DNA of 64,000 bases from contig CAVYRF010000002.1 of assembly GCA_963770895.1 (NCBI GenBank), positions 3,072,001 through 3,136,000 of the forward strand, in the 5' to 3' direction. Below, one piece after another: positions 16,481 to 27,234 of the stretch. Under the pieces are notes generated by a model. The model was not told the origin of the DNA. It saw only the letters and a program-made list of their open reading frames with translations, and made no database searches. Source of the stretch: an uncultured Acidobacteriota bacterium. GTDB lineage: Bacteria > Acidobacteriota > Thermoanaerobaculia > Multivoradales > UBA5704. The position numbers and the translations under genes were made by a program. Within the stretch, counting starts at the first letter, position 1. Every line of letters starts with the position of its first letter.

Positions 16481-17823
16481 CCAGCACGCGCGACGCGCGG
16501 CAGCAGGTGCCGTTCAAGCAGGCGGTGGTGCGCAACGCTCCCGCGGGGGAGAGCGCGCCGGGAGCGCCGTCCTCTTCGGGCGGCCCTGCCGCCGAGACCG
16601 CCGCCGGTGGGGGGCTGTATGCGCCGGCGGCGCTGGCTGCCTGGCCGGACGTGGAGGACCTGCTGCGGCTGCCCTGGTTGGAGCGGTCGACGGAGATCCT
16701 GGATCGGCTGCTGGGCGATGAGTATCCGCGCGCCGAGCTGGCGCGCATGGCGCGCCAGGCGTTCGATTTTCCGCTGCCCCTGGTCGAGGTGGAGACCGAC
16801 TGCTTCGCGCTCGAGCTGTTCCATGGCCCGTCCTTTGCCTTCAAGGACTTCGGCGCCCGCTTCCTGGCGGCGGTGCTGGCGGGCCTGCGGCAGGAGGGCG
16901 CCGCCGGCCGCACCGTCCTGACGGCGACGAGCGGCGACACCGGCGCCGCCGTGGCGGCGGCGTTCTGGCAGCGGGACGGGTTTCGCGTCGTAGTGCTGTA
17001 TCCCGAGGGACGGGTGTCGCCGCTGCAGGAGCGGCAGCTGGCGTGCCTGGGCGGCAACGTCGTCGCGCTCGCCGTGGCGGGCGACTTCGACGACTGCCAG
17101 CGGCTGGTGCGGGCGTGTTTTGCGGACGCCGAGCTGTGCGCCGAGCTGGGGCTGGTGGCGGCCAACTCGATCAACATCGCCCGCCTGGTGGCGCAGCTCC
17201 TGTACTACTTCGAGAGCCTGGCGCAGTTGCGGCGTCTGCGCCCCGCGGCGCCGGCACCGGTGATCGCCGTGCCCAGCGGCAACTTCGGCAACCTCTGCGC
17301 CGGCCTGTACGCGCGGGCCCTGGGCCTGCCCGCGGGCGGCTTCGTCGCCGCGACCAACGCCAACCGCGTGGTGCCGGATTTTCTGGACGGCGGTCCCTAC
17401 CGGCCGCGGCCCGGCATCGCCACCCTGAGCAATGCCATGGACGTGGGCAACCCGAGCAACTGGGAGCGCATCCTGCACCTGTACGGCGGCGACGCGGCGG
17501 CGGTGCGTCGGGTGCTGCGCTGGGGGGTGCTGGACGATGCGGCGACGGCGGCGACCCTGGGCGGGCTGGCGCGCCGCGGCTACCGCGCCGATCCCCATGC
17601 CGCCGTCGCGTACGGGGTGCTGCGGCGGGTGCTGCGCGCGGGCGAGGTCGGCATCTTCCTGGCCACCGCCCACCCCGCCAAGTTCGACACCGTGCTGGCG
17701 CCGCTGGGCTTGGCGGCTCCCCTGCCCGGCGTGCTTGCGGCGCTGCTCGACCGGCCGCTGGCGCGCGAGCGGCTGAGCGCGGGCGTTGCGCCCCTCAAGG
17801 CGCGGTTGCGCGATCTCAACTAG
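16471..17823 (+). CDS. thrC: Threonine synthase
   Basis: LELFHGPSFAFKDFG (PLP Lys), ATSGDTG, ANSINIARL, VPSGNFGN and TAHPAKF. The GTG start overlaps thrB. Confidence 0.95.
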   Translation: MRLTSTRDARQQVPFKQAVVRNAPAGESAPGAPSSSGGPAAETAAGGGLYAPAALAAWPDVEDLLRLPWLERSTEILDRLLGDEYPRAELARMARQAFDFPLPLVEVETDCFALELFHGPSFAFKDFGARFLAAVLAGLRQEGAAGRTVLTATSGDTGAAVAAAFWQRDGFRVVVLYPEGRVSPLQERQLACLGGNVVALAVAGDFDDCQRLVRACFADAELCAELGLVAANSINIARLVAQLLYYFESLAQLRRLRPAAPAPVIAVPSGNFGNLCAGLYARALGLPAGGFVAATNANRVVPDFLDGGPYRPRPGIATLSNAMDVGNPSNWERILHLYGGDAAAVRRVLRWGVLDDAATAATLGGLARRGYRADPHAAVAYGVLRRVLRAGEVGIFLATAHPAKFDTVLAPLGLAAPLPGVLAALLDRPLARERLSAGVAPLKARLRDLN

Positions 17824-17899
17824 AATCGCGTCCGCGTCGCGCCGTGCTGAGCTTGCCGGCGCGCAATGGCGACCAACGTCCACCTCACACGGAGCGTGC

Positions 17900-19060
17900 A
17901 TGAAGATCGACGAAACCATGGGCTTGAACACGCTGTGCGTCCACGCGGGAGTCACGCCCGAGCCGCAAACCGGGGCGATCATGACGCCGATCTTCCAGAC
18001 CTCGACCTACGTGCAGAAGGCTCCGGGTGAGCACCAGGGGTATGACTACTCGCGGGCCGGCAATCCCACCCGCACGGCGCTGGAGGCGTCGATGGCAGCC
18101 CTGGAAGGGGCGCGCCACTGCATCACGTTCGCTTCGGGCATGGCGGCCGAGCATGCGATCGTGCAGACCCTGGACCCGCCCGCACACGTGATCATTTCCG
18201 AAGATGCGTACGGCGGCACCGGCCGCCTGTTCCGGCGGCTGTTCGCCAAGTACGGATTCGAGCTGGAGTTCCGCGACCTGACCGACCTGGCGGGGCTGGC
18301 GGAGAGCGCCGGACCGCACACGCGATTGATCTGGGCCGAAACGCCCACCAATCCGCTGATGCAGATCGTCGATATTGCGGCCCTGGCCGAAATCGCGCGG
18401 CGCAGCGGCGCCAAGCTGGTGGTGGACAATACGTTCGCTTCGCCCATCCTGCAGAGCCCGCTGGCCCTGGGGGCTGACCTGGTGGTCCACAGCTCGACCA
18501 AGTACATCGGCGGCCACAGCGACCTGATCGGCGGCGCGGTGATGACCAACGACGACCAGCTGGCGGAACAGGTGCGCTTCGTGCAGTTCGCGGGCGGCGC
18601 GGTCAATTCTCCGTTCGAATGCTTCCTGCTGCTGCGCAGCATCAAGACGCTGGCGCTGCGGATGGAGCGCCACTGCGCCAACGCCCAGGCGTTTGCCGCG
18701 GCGCTCGAGCGCGACGGGGCCTTCCGCCGGGTGCTCTATCCGGGCCTGCCGTCCCATCCCCACCACGAGCTGGCGCGCCGCCAGATGAAAGGCGGCTTTT
18801 CGGGCATCGTGACCGTCGAGCTGGCCGGCGAAATGGAGCGGGTGTCGCGCTTCCTGTCGCACCTGCGGATCTTCGCCGTGGCCGAAAGCCTGGGCGGCGT
18901 CGAGTCGCTGGTCGATCACCCGGAGGTGATGACCCACGCCAGCGTCCCTCCCGAAGTGCGGCGCAAGTTAGGCATCAACGCCGGCCTGATCCGCTTTTCC
19001 ATCGGGATCGAGGACCCCGCCGACCTGATCGCCGACGTGCGCCAGGCGCTCGCGCGTTAG
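17900..19060 (+). CDS. Cys/Met metabolism PLP enzyme (cystathionine gamma-synthase/gamma-lyase, MetB-like)
   Basis: PIFQTSTY, YSRAGNPTR, ETPTNP, VDNTF, HSSTKYIGGHSD and AESLGGVESL. Confidence 0.92.
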   Translation: MKIDETMGLNTLCVHAGVTPEPQTGAIMTPIFQTSTYVQKAPGEHQGYDYSRAGNPTRTALEASMAALEGARHCITFASGMAAEHAIVQTLDPPAHVIISEDAYGGTGRLFRRLFAKYGFELEFRDLTDLAGLAESAGPHTRLIWAETPTNPLMQIVDIAALAEIARRSGAKLVVDNTFASPILQSPLALGADLVVHSSTKYIGGHSDLIGGAVMTNDDQLAEQVRFVQFAGGAVNSPFECFLLLRSIKTLALRMERHCANAQAFAAALERDGAFRRVLYPGLPSHPHHELARRQMKGGFSGIVTVELAGEMERVSRFLSHLRIFAVAESLGGVESLVDHPEVMTHASVPPEVRRKLGINAGLIRFSIGIEDPADLIADVRQALAR

Positions 19061-19134
19061 CGCTTCATCGCGAGGCGGTAGCCGCCGCCGACAGGTGGTC
19101 GGTCGGCGGCGGGCTTCCCCCCACGCCCCCGGTT

Positions 19135-20085
19135 CTAGTGCTTCCAGACCGGGAGGCGTACGACGAAGCGGCGCGATTGGGCGCCGGGAGCGGCGAGGTG
19201 CAGCTGGCCGCCTTTGGATTCCAGGATCGCGGCCACCACCGCCAGCTCGAAGGCCAGGGCTCCCAGGGCATTGTGAATGGCCGGCGACAGGCTTTCGTAC
19301 GCCGGGCTGGCGATGCTCACCAGCTCGATGATGACTTCGGAGCGCGGCAGCGGGTTGACCGCGTTGTCGGCGGCGAGCGCCGGCCTGGCCTGCGCATCGA
19401 ATGCGTGGTCGGAGGGAGAGAGGGAGTGGGCGCCGGAGCCGGCGTCAGAATCGGAGTCGTCCGTCGCGGAGTCTGCGAGGTGCTCCTGGTCGTCCAGGGC
19501 GTCCGGCCGCTCCGGGTGGGCGGAATGCCCGGTGTGCTCGTCGAAGGGCGATGCATCGTCGCTTTCGACAGCTTCGTGGCCGAGGTGGGCATAGATCCTG
19601 CCGGCGCTCGGCGTCAAGCTTTTGACCACCTCCACCAACGACGAGAGCGCGGTGAAGAGGATTTCGGGGTCGCCGACGGCCCCGGCTGGGACCGTGGCGG
19701 CGCCGGCGCTGATCGGGCGGTTGTGAAGCACCGCGCCGGCGTCCTTGGCCGGAGACACGGCTGCCTCTGGTTCGGCCGTGGCGTCGGCGGCCCCTGATCC
19801 GGACGGTGATCCGGCGGGAGCCGGCAACCGCGGGCGCTGCTGGACAGGGAGTTCAGGAGGCAGCCCCTGGCAGAATCCGGCGGTGGCGAGCGCCACCGCC
19901 AGCAGGGGCCGCAAGGCGCCGGCAAGTTGCCGCGAGGGCTGCGAATCGGTATCGTGCCGGGCGAAGTCCAGCACTTGACTCAATGGAATGGCAATGCGTT
20001 GGTGGGGCGGCACCGCCGGCAGAAGGGCCGACACTGGCGGCACTGTGAGAGGGAGAGGTGTGTCGGGACGCTGGCCAATATCCAT
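19135..20085 (-). CDS. Degenerate histidine-kinase HATPase-like protein (pseudokinase)
   Basis: Strong GGAGG RBS. LSQVLDFAR, VGDPEILFTALSSLV...TPSAGRI, ELAVVAAILESKGGQLHL and RFVVRLP mirror HisKA-end/HATPase_c elements, but the catalytic boxes are substituted. Confidence 0.6.
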   Translation of the reverse strand: MDIGQRPDTPLPLTVPPVSALLPAVPPHQRIAIPLSQVLDFARHDTDSQPSRQLAGALRPLLAVALATAGFCQGLPPELPVQQRPRLPAPAGSPSGSGAADATAEPEAAVSPAKDAGAVLHNRPISAGAATVPAGAVGDPEILFTALSSLVEVVKSLTPSAGRIYAHLGHEAVESDDASPFDEHTGHSAHPERPDALDDQEHLADSATDDSDSDAGSGAHSLSPSDHAFDAQARPALAADNAVNPLPRSEVIIELVSIASPAYESLSPAIHNALGALAFELAVVAAILESKGGQLHLAAPGAQSRRFVVRLPVWKH

Positions 20086-20150
20086 GCGGTTCCTCCCCAG
20101 CTGTTAGACAGCTCCGCCCGGTCGGGCTGTCGACCTCACCCTACATACGA

Positions 20151-20167
20151 AGCAAGGACGGGGCCAG
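20151..20167 (-). promoter_or_regulatory. Putative sigma54 (-24/-12) promoter
   Basis: The minus strand reads CTGGCCCCGTCCTTGCT, with exact GG-N10-GC spacing, 65 bp upstream of ATG 20085. Confidence 0.55.
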
Positions 20168-20214
20168 CTCACCGCGCCGGCCCCGAACGGCCGCCGGCGG
20201 ACCTATAATCCCGC

Positions 20215-22077
<1,863 letters not shown>

Positions 22078-22213
22078 AGCGGGCAGGCCGCCGGCTGCAC
22101 CTGGCGCCCGCGGTAAGCGATGCGCAAGAGCTGAGGGGGAGCGGTGCAGCCCAGATGCCCGATGGACATCGCTGTGCGAGGATCGATGCCCATGGCCGCG
22201 GCCCTACTCGCGG

Positions 22214-22439
22214 TCATAGAAGCTGGTTCAACCGCTGGCTGGTGAGCTCGCAGTCGCGGAGGATCGCACTCAGCAGACCCCGGCCCTATCGTCTCGCCAG
22301 CGTGCACGGGGACCACAGTCCGGCGACCGTCGGGATGTTGAAGGAAGTGGTGGCTGCCGCGCGTGCGCACGACCGCGAATCCGGCCCGCGACAAAGCGGC
22401 GACAAGCCGCTTTCCGGTGAGGGCCGGCAGGCGACTCAT
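22214..22439 (-). pseudogene. hicA: HicA toxin (mRNA interferase) with a +1 frameshift
   Basis: MSRLPALTG...RGSHHFLQHPDGRRTVVPVH.GETIGPG. Removing one base from the 4-base run at 22278-22281 restores LLSAILRDCELTSQRLNQLL-stop (74 aa). Confidence 0.85.
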
Positions 22440-22654
22440 GTGTTGACTGTCACCCGTTGCACGCCAACAAAGTCCAAAGCCGCGGGTTGCTCCACCTCAA
22501 CCTCAAGGCAAAGCTCAATCGCCTCTTTGACCCGCTTCAAGAGGACGTCGAGCGACTTTGCCTGAGTGTGGCAACCACGAAGGGAGGGCACTGAAGCCAC
22601 GTAGAAACCCTCCTTGTCGCGTTCGATGATGACGTCAAATTCACGGTTCCGCAT
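22436..22654 (-). CDS. hicB: Short HicB family antitoxin without a DNA-binding domain
   Basis: FDVIIERDKEGFYVASVPSLRGCHTQAKSLD...EAIEL, with a GGAGG RBS and an ATGA overlap with hicA. Confidence 0.9.
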   Translation of the reverse strand: MRNREFDVIIERDKEGFYVASVPSLRGCHTQAKSLDVLLKRVKEAIELCLEVEVEQPAALDFVGVQRVTVNT

Positions 22655-22831
22655 AGGCGCCTCCTCCGGGAGCTGCGTCATTGTAACCCTGGCTCGTTCC
22701 TCCCGGCGTCTGGTAAAGGGCAGTCCGGCTCCCGACGCCCGTCGTGATTGGCTGGGGGCGCGGAAGAGGTGGCGATCGGCGAGCGGCTGTGCGCGAGGGG
22801 GAGCGGAGCGGTGACGCGAAGGGGGACGTAG

Positions 22832-25444
22832 CTAGTCGTTGGGCAGCAGGTGTTCTTCGGCGGGGGGGCGCATGTTGTAGTGGGAGCTCATGACGCGGCC
22901 GTAGGCGCCGGTGTTGGCGATGAGGAGGATGTCGCCTTCGGCGGTGGGGGCGATCCGGCGGGCGCGGCCCAGGATGTCGCCGGTTTCGCAGATGGGGCCG
23001 ACGATGTGGGCGGTGGTGGTGGCGGGCTCGTCGAGGCGCGAGAGGTTGACGATGGGGTGGTAGGCGCCGTAGAGGGCGGGGCGGATGAGGGAGTTCATGC
23101 CGGTCTGGAGGCCGATCCAGGCGACGTCGCCCTTGTGTTTGACCTGGTTGACGCGGGCTACCAGGACGCCGGCTTCGGCGACCAGGAAGCGGCCGGGTTC
23201 GAGCCAGAGCTCGCGTCCGGGGCGGATGGCGCCGCTGTCGCGCAGGCCGTGGTCGAGGGCGGCCAGGTCCAGGGGGGTCTGGCCGGGCCTTTCGGGGACG
23301 CCCAGGCCGCCTCCCAGGTCCAGGACGGTGACGGCGGGGAAGCGCTCGGCGGCGGCGGCGAGGAAGCGCGCGACGTCGATCCAGGACTGGTGGGTGCGGA
23401 TGCCGCTGCCGATGTGGGCGTGCAGGCCGACGACCCGCGCGCCGCAGCGCACCAGGAGGCCTGGCAGCTCGTCGAGGTGTGCCGCTCCCAAGCCGAATTT
23501 GGAGTCGACGCCGGCGGTGCGGACGTGGGCGTGGTGGCCCTGGCCGCGTCCGGGGTCCAGGCGCAGGAAGATCTCGCGGCCGGCGAAGACGTCGGGCCAG
23601 GCTTGCAGGGGGTGCAGGTTGTCGACGGTGACGCGCGCTCCCAGCTGGAAGCCGCGTTCCAGCTCGTCGCGGCCGGCGAAGTTGGGAGTGAAGAGCAGGC
23701 GCTGGCGGTCGAGGTCGGGGAAGAGCCGCAGGACGTGCTCGAGCTCCGCCGCGGAGACGCATTCGAAGCCGAGGCCCTGGGCGTGGAAGAGGCGCAGGAC
23801 GCCGGCGTGGTTGTTGGCCTTGAGGGCGTAGAACACGCGATCGATCGATTCCAGCGCCGCCAGGCTGCGCGCCGAGCGCTGCAGGGTTTCGGCGTCGTAG
23901 ACGAACAGGGCGCCGTGTTGGGCGGCCAGGGCGAGCAGCGGCGCGCTGCGCTGGCGCCACCAGGCCGCGCCGTCGGCCGCGGCGGGGGCGGCGCCTTCGC
24001 TTGCCGCGGGCGCGCCGCTGAGCTCGCTCCAGGTGGGCCCCAGGAGCGGGGTTTCCGCGGTGCGGTCGAAGAGCAGTCCGTGGAGCTGGCGCACCAGCCG
24101 CTCGCTCTGCTCTTCGTCGACGTAGAAGGTGAGATTGAGATCGCTTGCGGATTGCGTCATCAGGTGGACCTTGAGCTCCGCAAAGGCTTCCAGCAGCGGC
24201 CCCAGCTCGTGCAGGATGGTGCGGATGCCGCGGCCGACCAGCGACAGCGAGGCGGTCGGCGCGATGACGCTTGGCTCGCAGTGGACCGAAAGCTCGCGCA
24301 GCAGGGCGTCGATGGCCTCGGGGCCGATGGCGTTGACCTGCGGATCGAGCGAGACGGTGACGTTGGTCTCTGAGGTGGAGATCGAGTCGACGGACAGGCC
24401 CTGGCGGGCGAAACAGTTGAAGACCTCGGCGAGAAAGCCGACCTCCTGCCACATGCCGAGCGCTTCGACCGAGATCAGGGTGATGCCGCGGCGCGCGGAG
24501 ACCGCCTTGACCTGCGGCGCGCCGTCGGGCGCGGCGCGCGAGATGACCGTTCCCGGCGCCGCGGGCCGGTCGGTCCACAGCACGTGCAGCGGAATGCCGT
24601 GGCGGCGCAGCGGCGGGATGCAGCGCGGGTGCAGGACCTTGGCGCCGGTGATGGCGATTTCCTGGGCCTCTTCGTAGCTGAGCGAGCGCAGCAGGCGGGC
24701 CGAGGGGATGAGCGAGGGGTTGGCGGTGAACAGGCCGGGCACGTCGGTCCAGATCTCGCAGCGCTCCGCCCCCAGCTTGGCGGCAAAGTAGGACGCCGAG
24801 GTGTCGGAGCCGCCGCGCCCCAGCAGCACGGTTTCGCCGCCGCGGTTGCGGGCGATGAAGCCCTGGGTGAGGATCGCCGCGGCGGGGTTCGCCGCCAGCC
24901 GCGCCGCCAGGTGCGGGTCGTGCTCGACGTCGCAGGAGGCGGCCAGGTAGAGGCGGGCCGTGTGGGACGGCTGCTCGTCGCGCGCCAGGAGCGCCGTGCG
25001 GGCGTCGAGCCAGGCGGTGGCGATGCCGCGGGCGTTGCAGTAGGCGGCGCCCAGGCGCGTCGACAGCAGCTCGCCGCAGGCCATGACCCGCGCCTTGAGG
25101 TGCGGGCCGCCTTCGTGCAGCAGCGAGGCGCCCAGCGCCAGGCGCGCCAGCTCTTCCAGCTGGTCGCCCACCGCCGCCCCGGCGTCGATTCCGAGCGCCG
25201 CGGCCAGGTCGAAATGACGGCGGCGGATCGCGGCCAGCGCCTCTTCATGCCGCCCTTCGGTCGCCAGGGTGAGCAGCGCGTCCAGCTGGTTGGAGATGCC
25301 GGCCAGCGCCGAGCAGACGACCAGCGGCCGGTAGCCCTGCTGCAGGCGCAGGGCGACCTGGTCGGCGATGGTGGCCCAGCGCTCGGCGGTCGAGACGCTG
25401 GTGCCGCCGAATTTGAGCACCACCCAGCGGGGGCCGGCGGACAT
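22832..25444 (-). CDS. Bifunctional aspartate kinase / diaminopimelate decarboxylase (LysC-LysA fusion)
   Basis: N-terminal VLKFGGTSV, LGRGGSDTSA, WTDVPG and ACT domains. C-terminal FYALKAN, SKFG, HAHIGSG, DLGGG, EPGRFLVA, GPICETGD and GAYG. Confidence 0.95.
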   Translation of the reverse strand: MSAGPRWVVLKFGGTSVSTAERWATIADQVALRLQQGYRPLVVCSALAGISNQLDALLTLATEGRHEEALAAIRRRHFDLAAALGIDAGAAVGDQLEELARLALGASLLHEGGPHLKARVMACGELLSTRLGAAYCNARGIATAWLDARTALLARDEQPSHTARLYLAASCDVEHDPHLAARLAANPAAAILTQGFIARNRGGETVLLGRGGSDTSASYFAAKLGAERCEIWTDVPGLFTANPSLIPSARLLRSLSYEEAQEIAITGAKVLHPRCIPPLRRHGIPLHVLWTDRPAAPGTVISRAAPDGAPQVKAVSARRGITLISVEALGMWQEVGFLAEVFNCFARQGLSVDSISTSETNVTVSLDPQVNAIGPEAIDALLRELSVHCEPSVIAPTASLSLVGRGIRTILHELGPLLEAFAELKVHLMTQSASDLNLTFYVDEEQSERLVRQLHGLLFDRTAETPLLGPTWSELSGAPAASEGAAPAAADGAAWWRQRSAPLLALAAQHGALFVYDAETLQRSARSLAALESIDRVFYALKANNHAGVLRLFHAQGLGFECVSAAELEHVLRLFPDLDRQRLLFTPNFAGRDELERGFQLGARVTVDNLHPLQAWPDVFAGREIFLRLDPGRGQGHHAHVRTAGVDSKFGLGAAHLDELPGLLVRCGARVVGLHAHIGSGIRTHQSWIDVARFLAAAAERFPAVTVLDLGGGLGVPERPGQTPLDLAALDHGLRDSGAIRPGRELWLEPGRFLVAEAGVLVARVNQVKHKGDVAWIGLQTGMNSLIRPALYGAYHPIVNLSRLDEPATTTAHIVGPICETGDILGRARRIAPTAEGDILLIANTGAYGRVMSSHYNMRPPAEEHLLPND

Positions 25445-25696
25445 CAGGCGGCGCTCGCTGTCATGGGAAGTACGCTACCATTTCGCTCATGCCGCTCCTC
25501 TCGGAGAGCCGCCGGCGCGACGGCTCGGCAGGCCCTGGCGATCGCCACTAGTGGCCGCTAGCAAACAAGTGCAAAACCGTGCTGCCACCGGGACGCCGCG
25601 GCGCGCGCGGGCGGCGGTCGCCGCGCCGCGGCACACAGCGCCGGATGACGCCGCGCCGGATGACGCCGCGCGCCGGCCGGCAGGGGAGGTTGGCGG

Positions 25697-27187
25697 ATGA
25701 CGGCGATCCTGGCGCTGGATCAGGGGACGACCAGCTCGCGGGCGCTGGTGTTCGACGAATCCGGGGCGCAGCTGGCGATGGCGCAGCGGGAGCTGCGCCA
25801 GATCTTTCCGCAGCCCGGCTGGGTGGAGCACGACCCGGTGGAGATCTGGCAATCGCAGCGCGACGTCGCCGCCCAGGCGCTGGCGGCGGCGGGGCTGGGC
25901 GCCGGCGACGTGGCGGCGATCGGCATCACCAACCAGCGCGAAACGGTGGTGGTCTGGGAGCGCGCGAGCGGGCGCCCGATCGCCAACGCCATCGTCTGGC
26001 AGGACCGCCGCACCGCGCCGCGCTGCGACGAGCTGCGCCGCGCCGGGCTGGGCCCGCTGGTTGCCGCGCGCACCGGACTGACGTTGGATCCCTACTTTTC
26101 GGCCACCAAGCTCGCCTGGTTGCTCGACCAGGTGCCGGGGGCACGCGCCGCCGCGGCAGCGGGGCGGCTGGCCTTCGGCACCATCGACGCGTGGCTGATC
26201 TGGAACCTGACGGGCGGCGGCGTGCACGCGACCGACGCCACCAACGCCTCGCGGACGATGCTCTACGACCTGGAGACGGGCACCTGGGACCCCGAGCTGC
26301 TGCGCCTGTTCGACATCCCTCCCGAGGTGCTGCCGGCGGTGCGCGCCTCGGCGGAGATCTACGGGGAAGCGTCCGCCGCCGGCCTGGGCGGCGCGATCCC
26401 GATCGCCGGCATGGCCGGCGACCAGCAGGCGGCGCTCTTCGGGCAGGCGTGCTTCGCTCCCGGCATGGCCAAGACGACCTACGGCACCGGCGCGTTCCTG
26501 CTGCTCAACACCGGCAGCCAGATCGTGCGCTCCGGCCAGGGGCTGCTCACCTCGCCGGCCTGGCGGCTGGCCGGCGGCCGCACGGAGTTCGCGCTGGAGG
26601 GCAGCGTCTTCGTCGCCGGCGCCGCCGTGCAGTGGCTGCGCGACGGGCTGGGCATCATCCGCTCCGCCGCCGAGGTCGAGGCGCTGGCGGCAAGCGTGCC
26701 GGACAGCGGCGGCGTCGTCCTGGTGCCGGCCTTCACCGGCCTGGGCGCGCCGCACTGGGCCGCCGGCGCCCGCGGGGCGCTGTTCGGCATCACCCGCGGC
26801 ACCGGCGCCGCGCACCTGGCGCGCGCCACCCTGGAAGCCATCGCCCACCAGGTGACCGACGTGCTGGAGGCCATGGCGCGCGACACCTCGCTGGGCGAGG
26901 TGCGGGTGGACGGCGGCGCCAGCGCCAACGACCTTCTGATGCAACTGCAGGCCGACCTCAGCGGCTTGCCGGTGGTGCGCCCGCGTGTGCGCGAGACGAC
27001 GGCGCTGGGCGCCGCCTACCTGGCCGGCCTGGCTGTCGGCCTGTATCGCGGCACGGAGGAGATCGCCGCCCGCTGGCAGCCGGAGCGCCGTTTCGAACCG
27101 CGCCTGGACGCCGCCCGCCGCGCCCAGGCACGCGCCGCCTGGAACTGCGCCCTGCGGGCGACCCTGGCCGCCGCCGGCGAAGGCTAG
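25697..27187 (+). CDS. glpK: Glycerol kinase
   Basis: [42 protein letters not shown] and KTTYGTG. Confidence 0.97.
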   Translation: MTAILALDQGTTSSRALVFDESGAQLAMAQRELRQIFPQPGWVEHDPVEIWQSQRDVAAQALAAAGLGAGDVAAIGITNQRETVVVWERASGRPIANAIVWQDRRTAPRCDELRRAGLGPLVAARTGLTLDPYFSATKLAWLLDQVPGARAAAAAGRLAFGTIDAWLIWNLTGGGVHATDATNASRTMLYDLETGTWDPELLRLFDIPPEVLPAVRASAEIYGEASAAGLGGAIPIAGMAGDQQAALFGQACFAPGMAKTTYGTGAFLLLNTGSQIVRSGQGLLTSPAWRLAGGRTEFALEGSVFVAGAAVQWLRDGLGIIRSAAEVEALAASVPDSGGVVLVPAFTGLGAPHWAAGARGALFGITRGTGAAHLARATLEAIAHQVTDVLEAMARDTSLGEVRVDGGASANDLLMQLQADLSGLPVVRPRVRETTALGAAYLAGLAVGLYRGTEEIAARWQPERRFEPRLDAARRAQARAAWNCALRATLAAAGEG

Positions 27188-27234
27188 AACAAGAGGAAAG
27201 CGGCGCGCCCGGAGACCGGGTTCCGCGGCCTGGC

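Noticed and set aside
25638-25667. 15-bp tandem repeat (GCGCCGGATGACGCC twice) upstream of glpK as an operator
   Set aside because: It matches the general slippage-type duplications seen throughout the window, and nothing supports a regulatory role.
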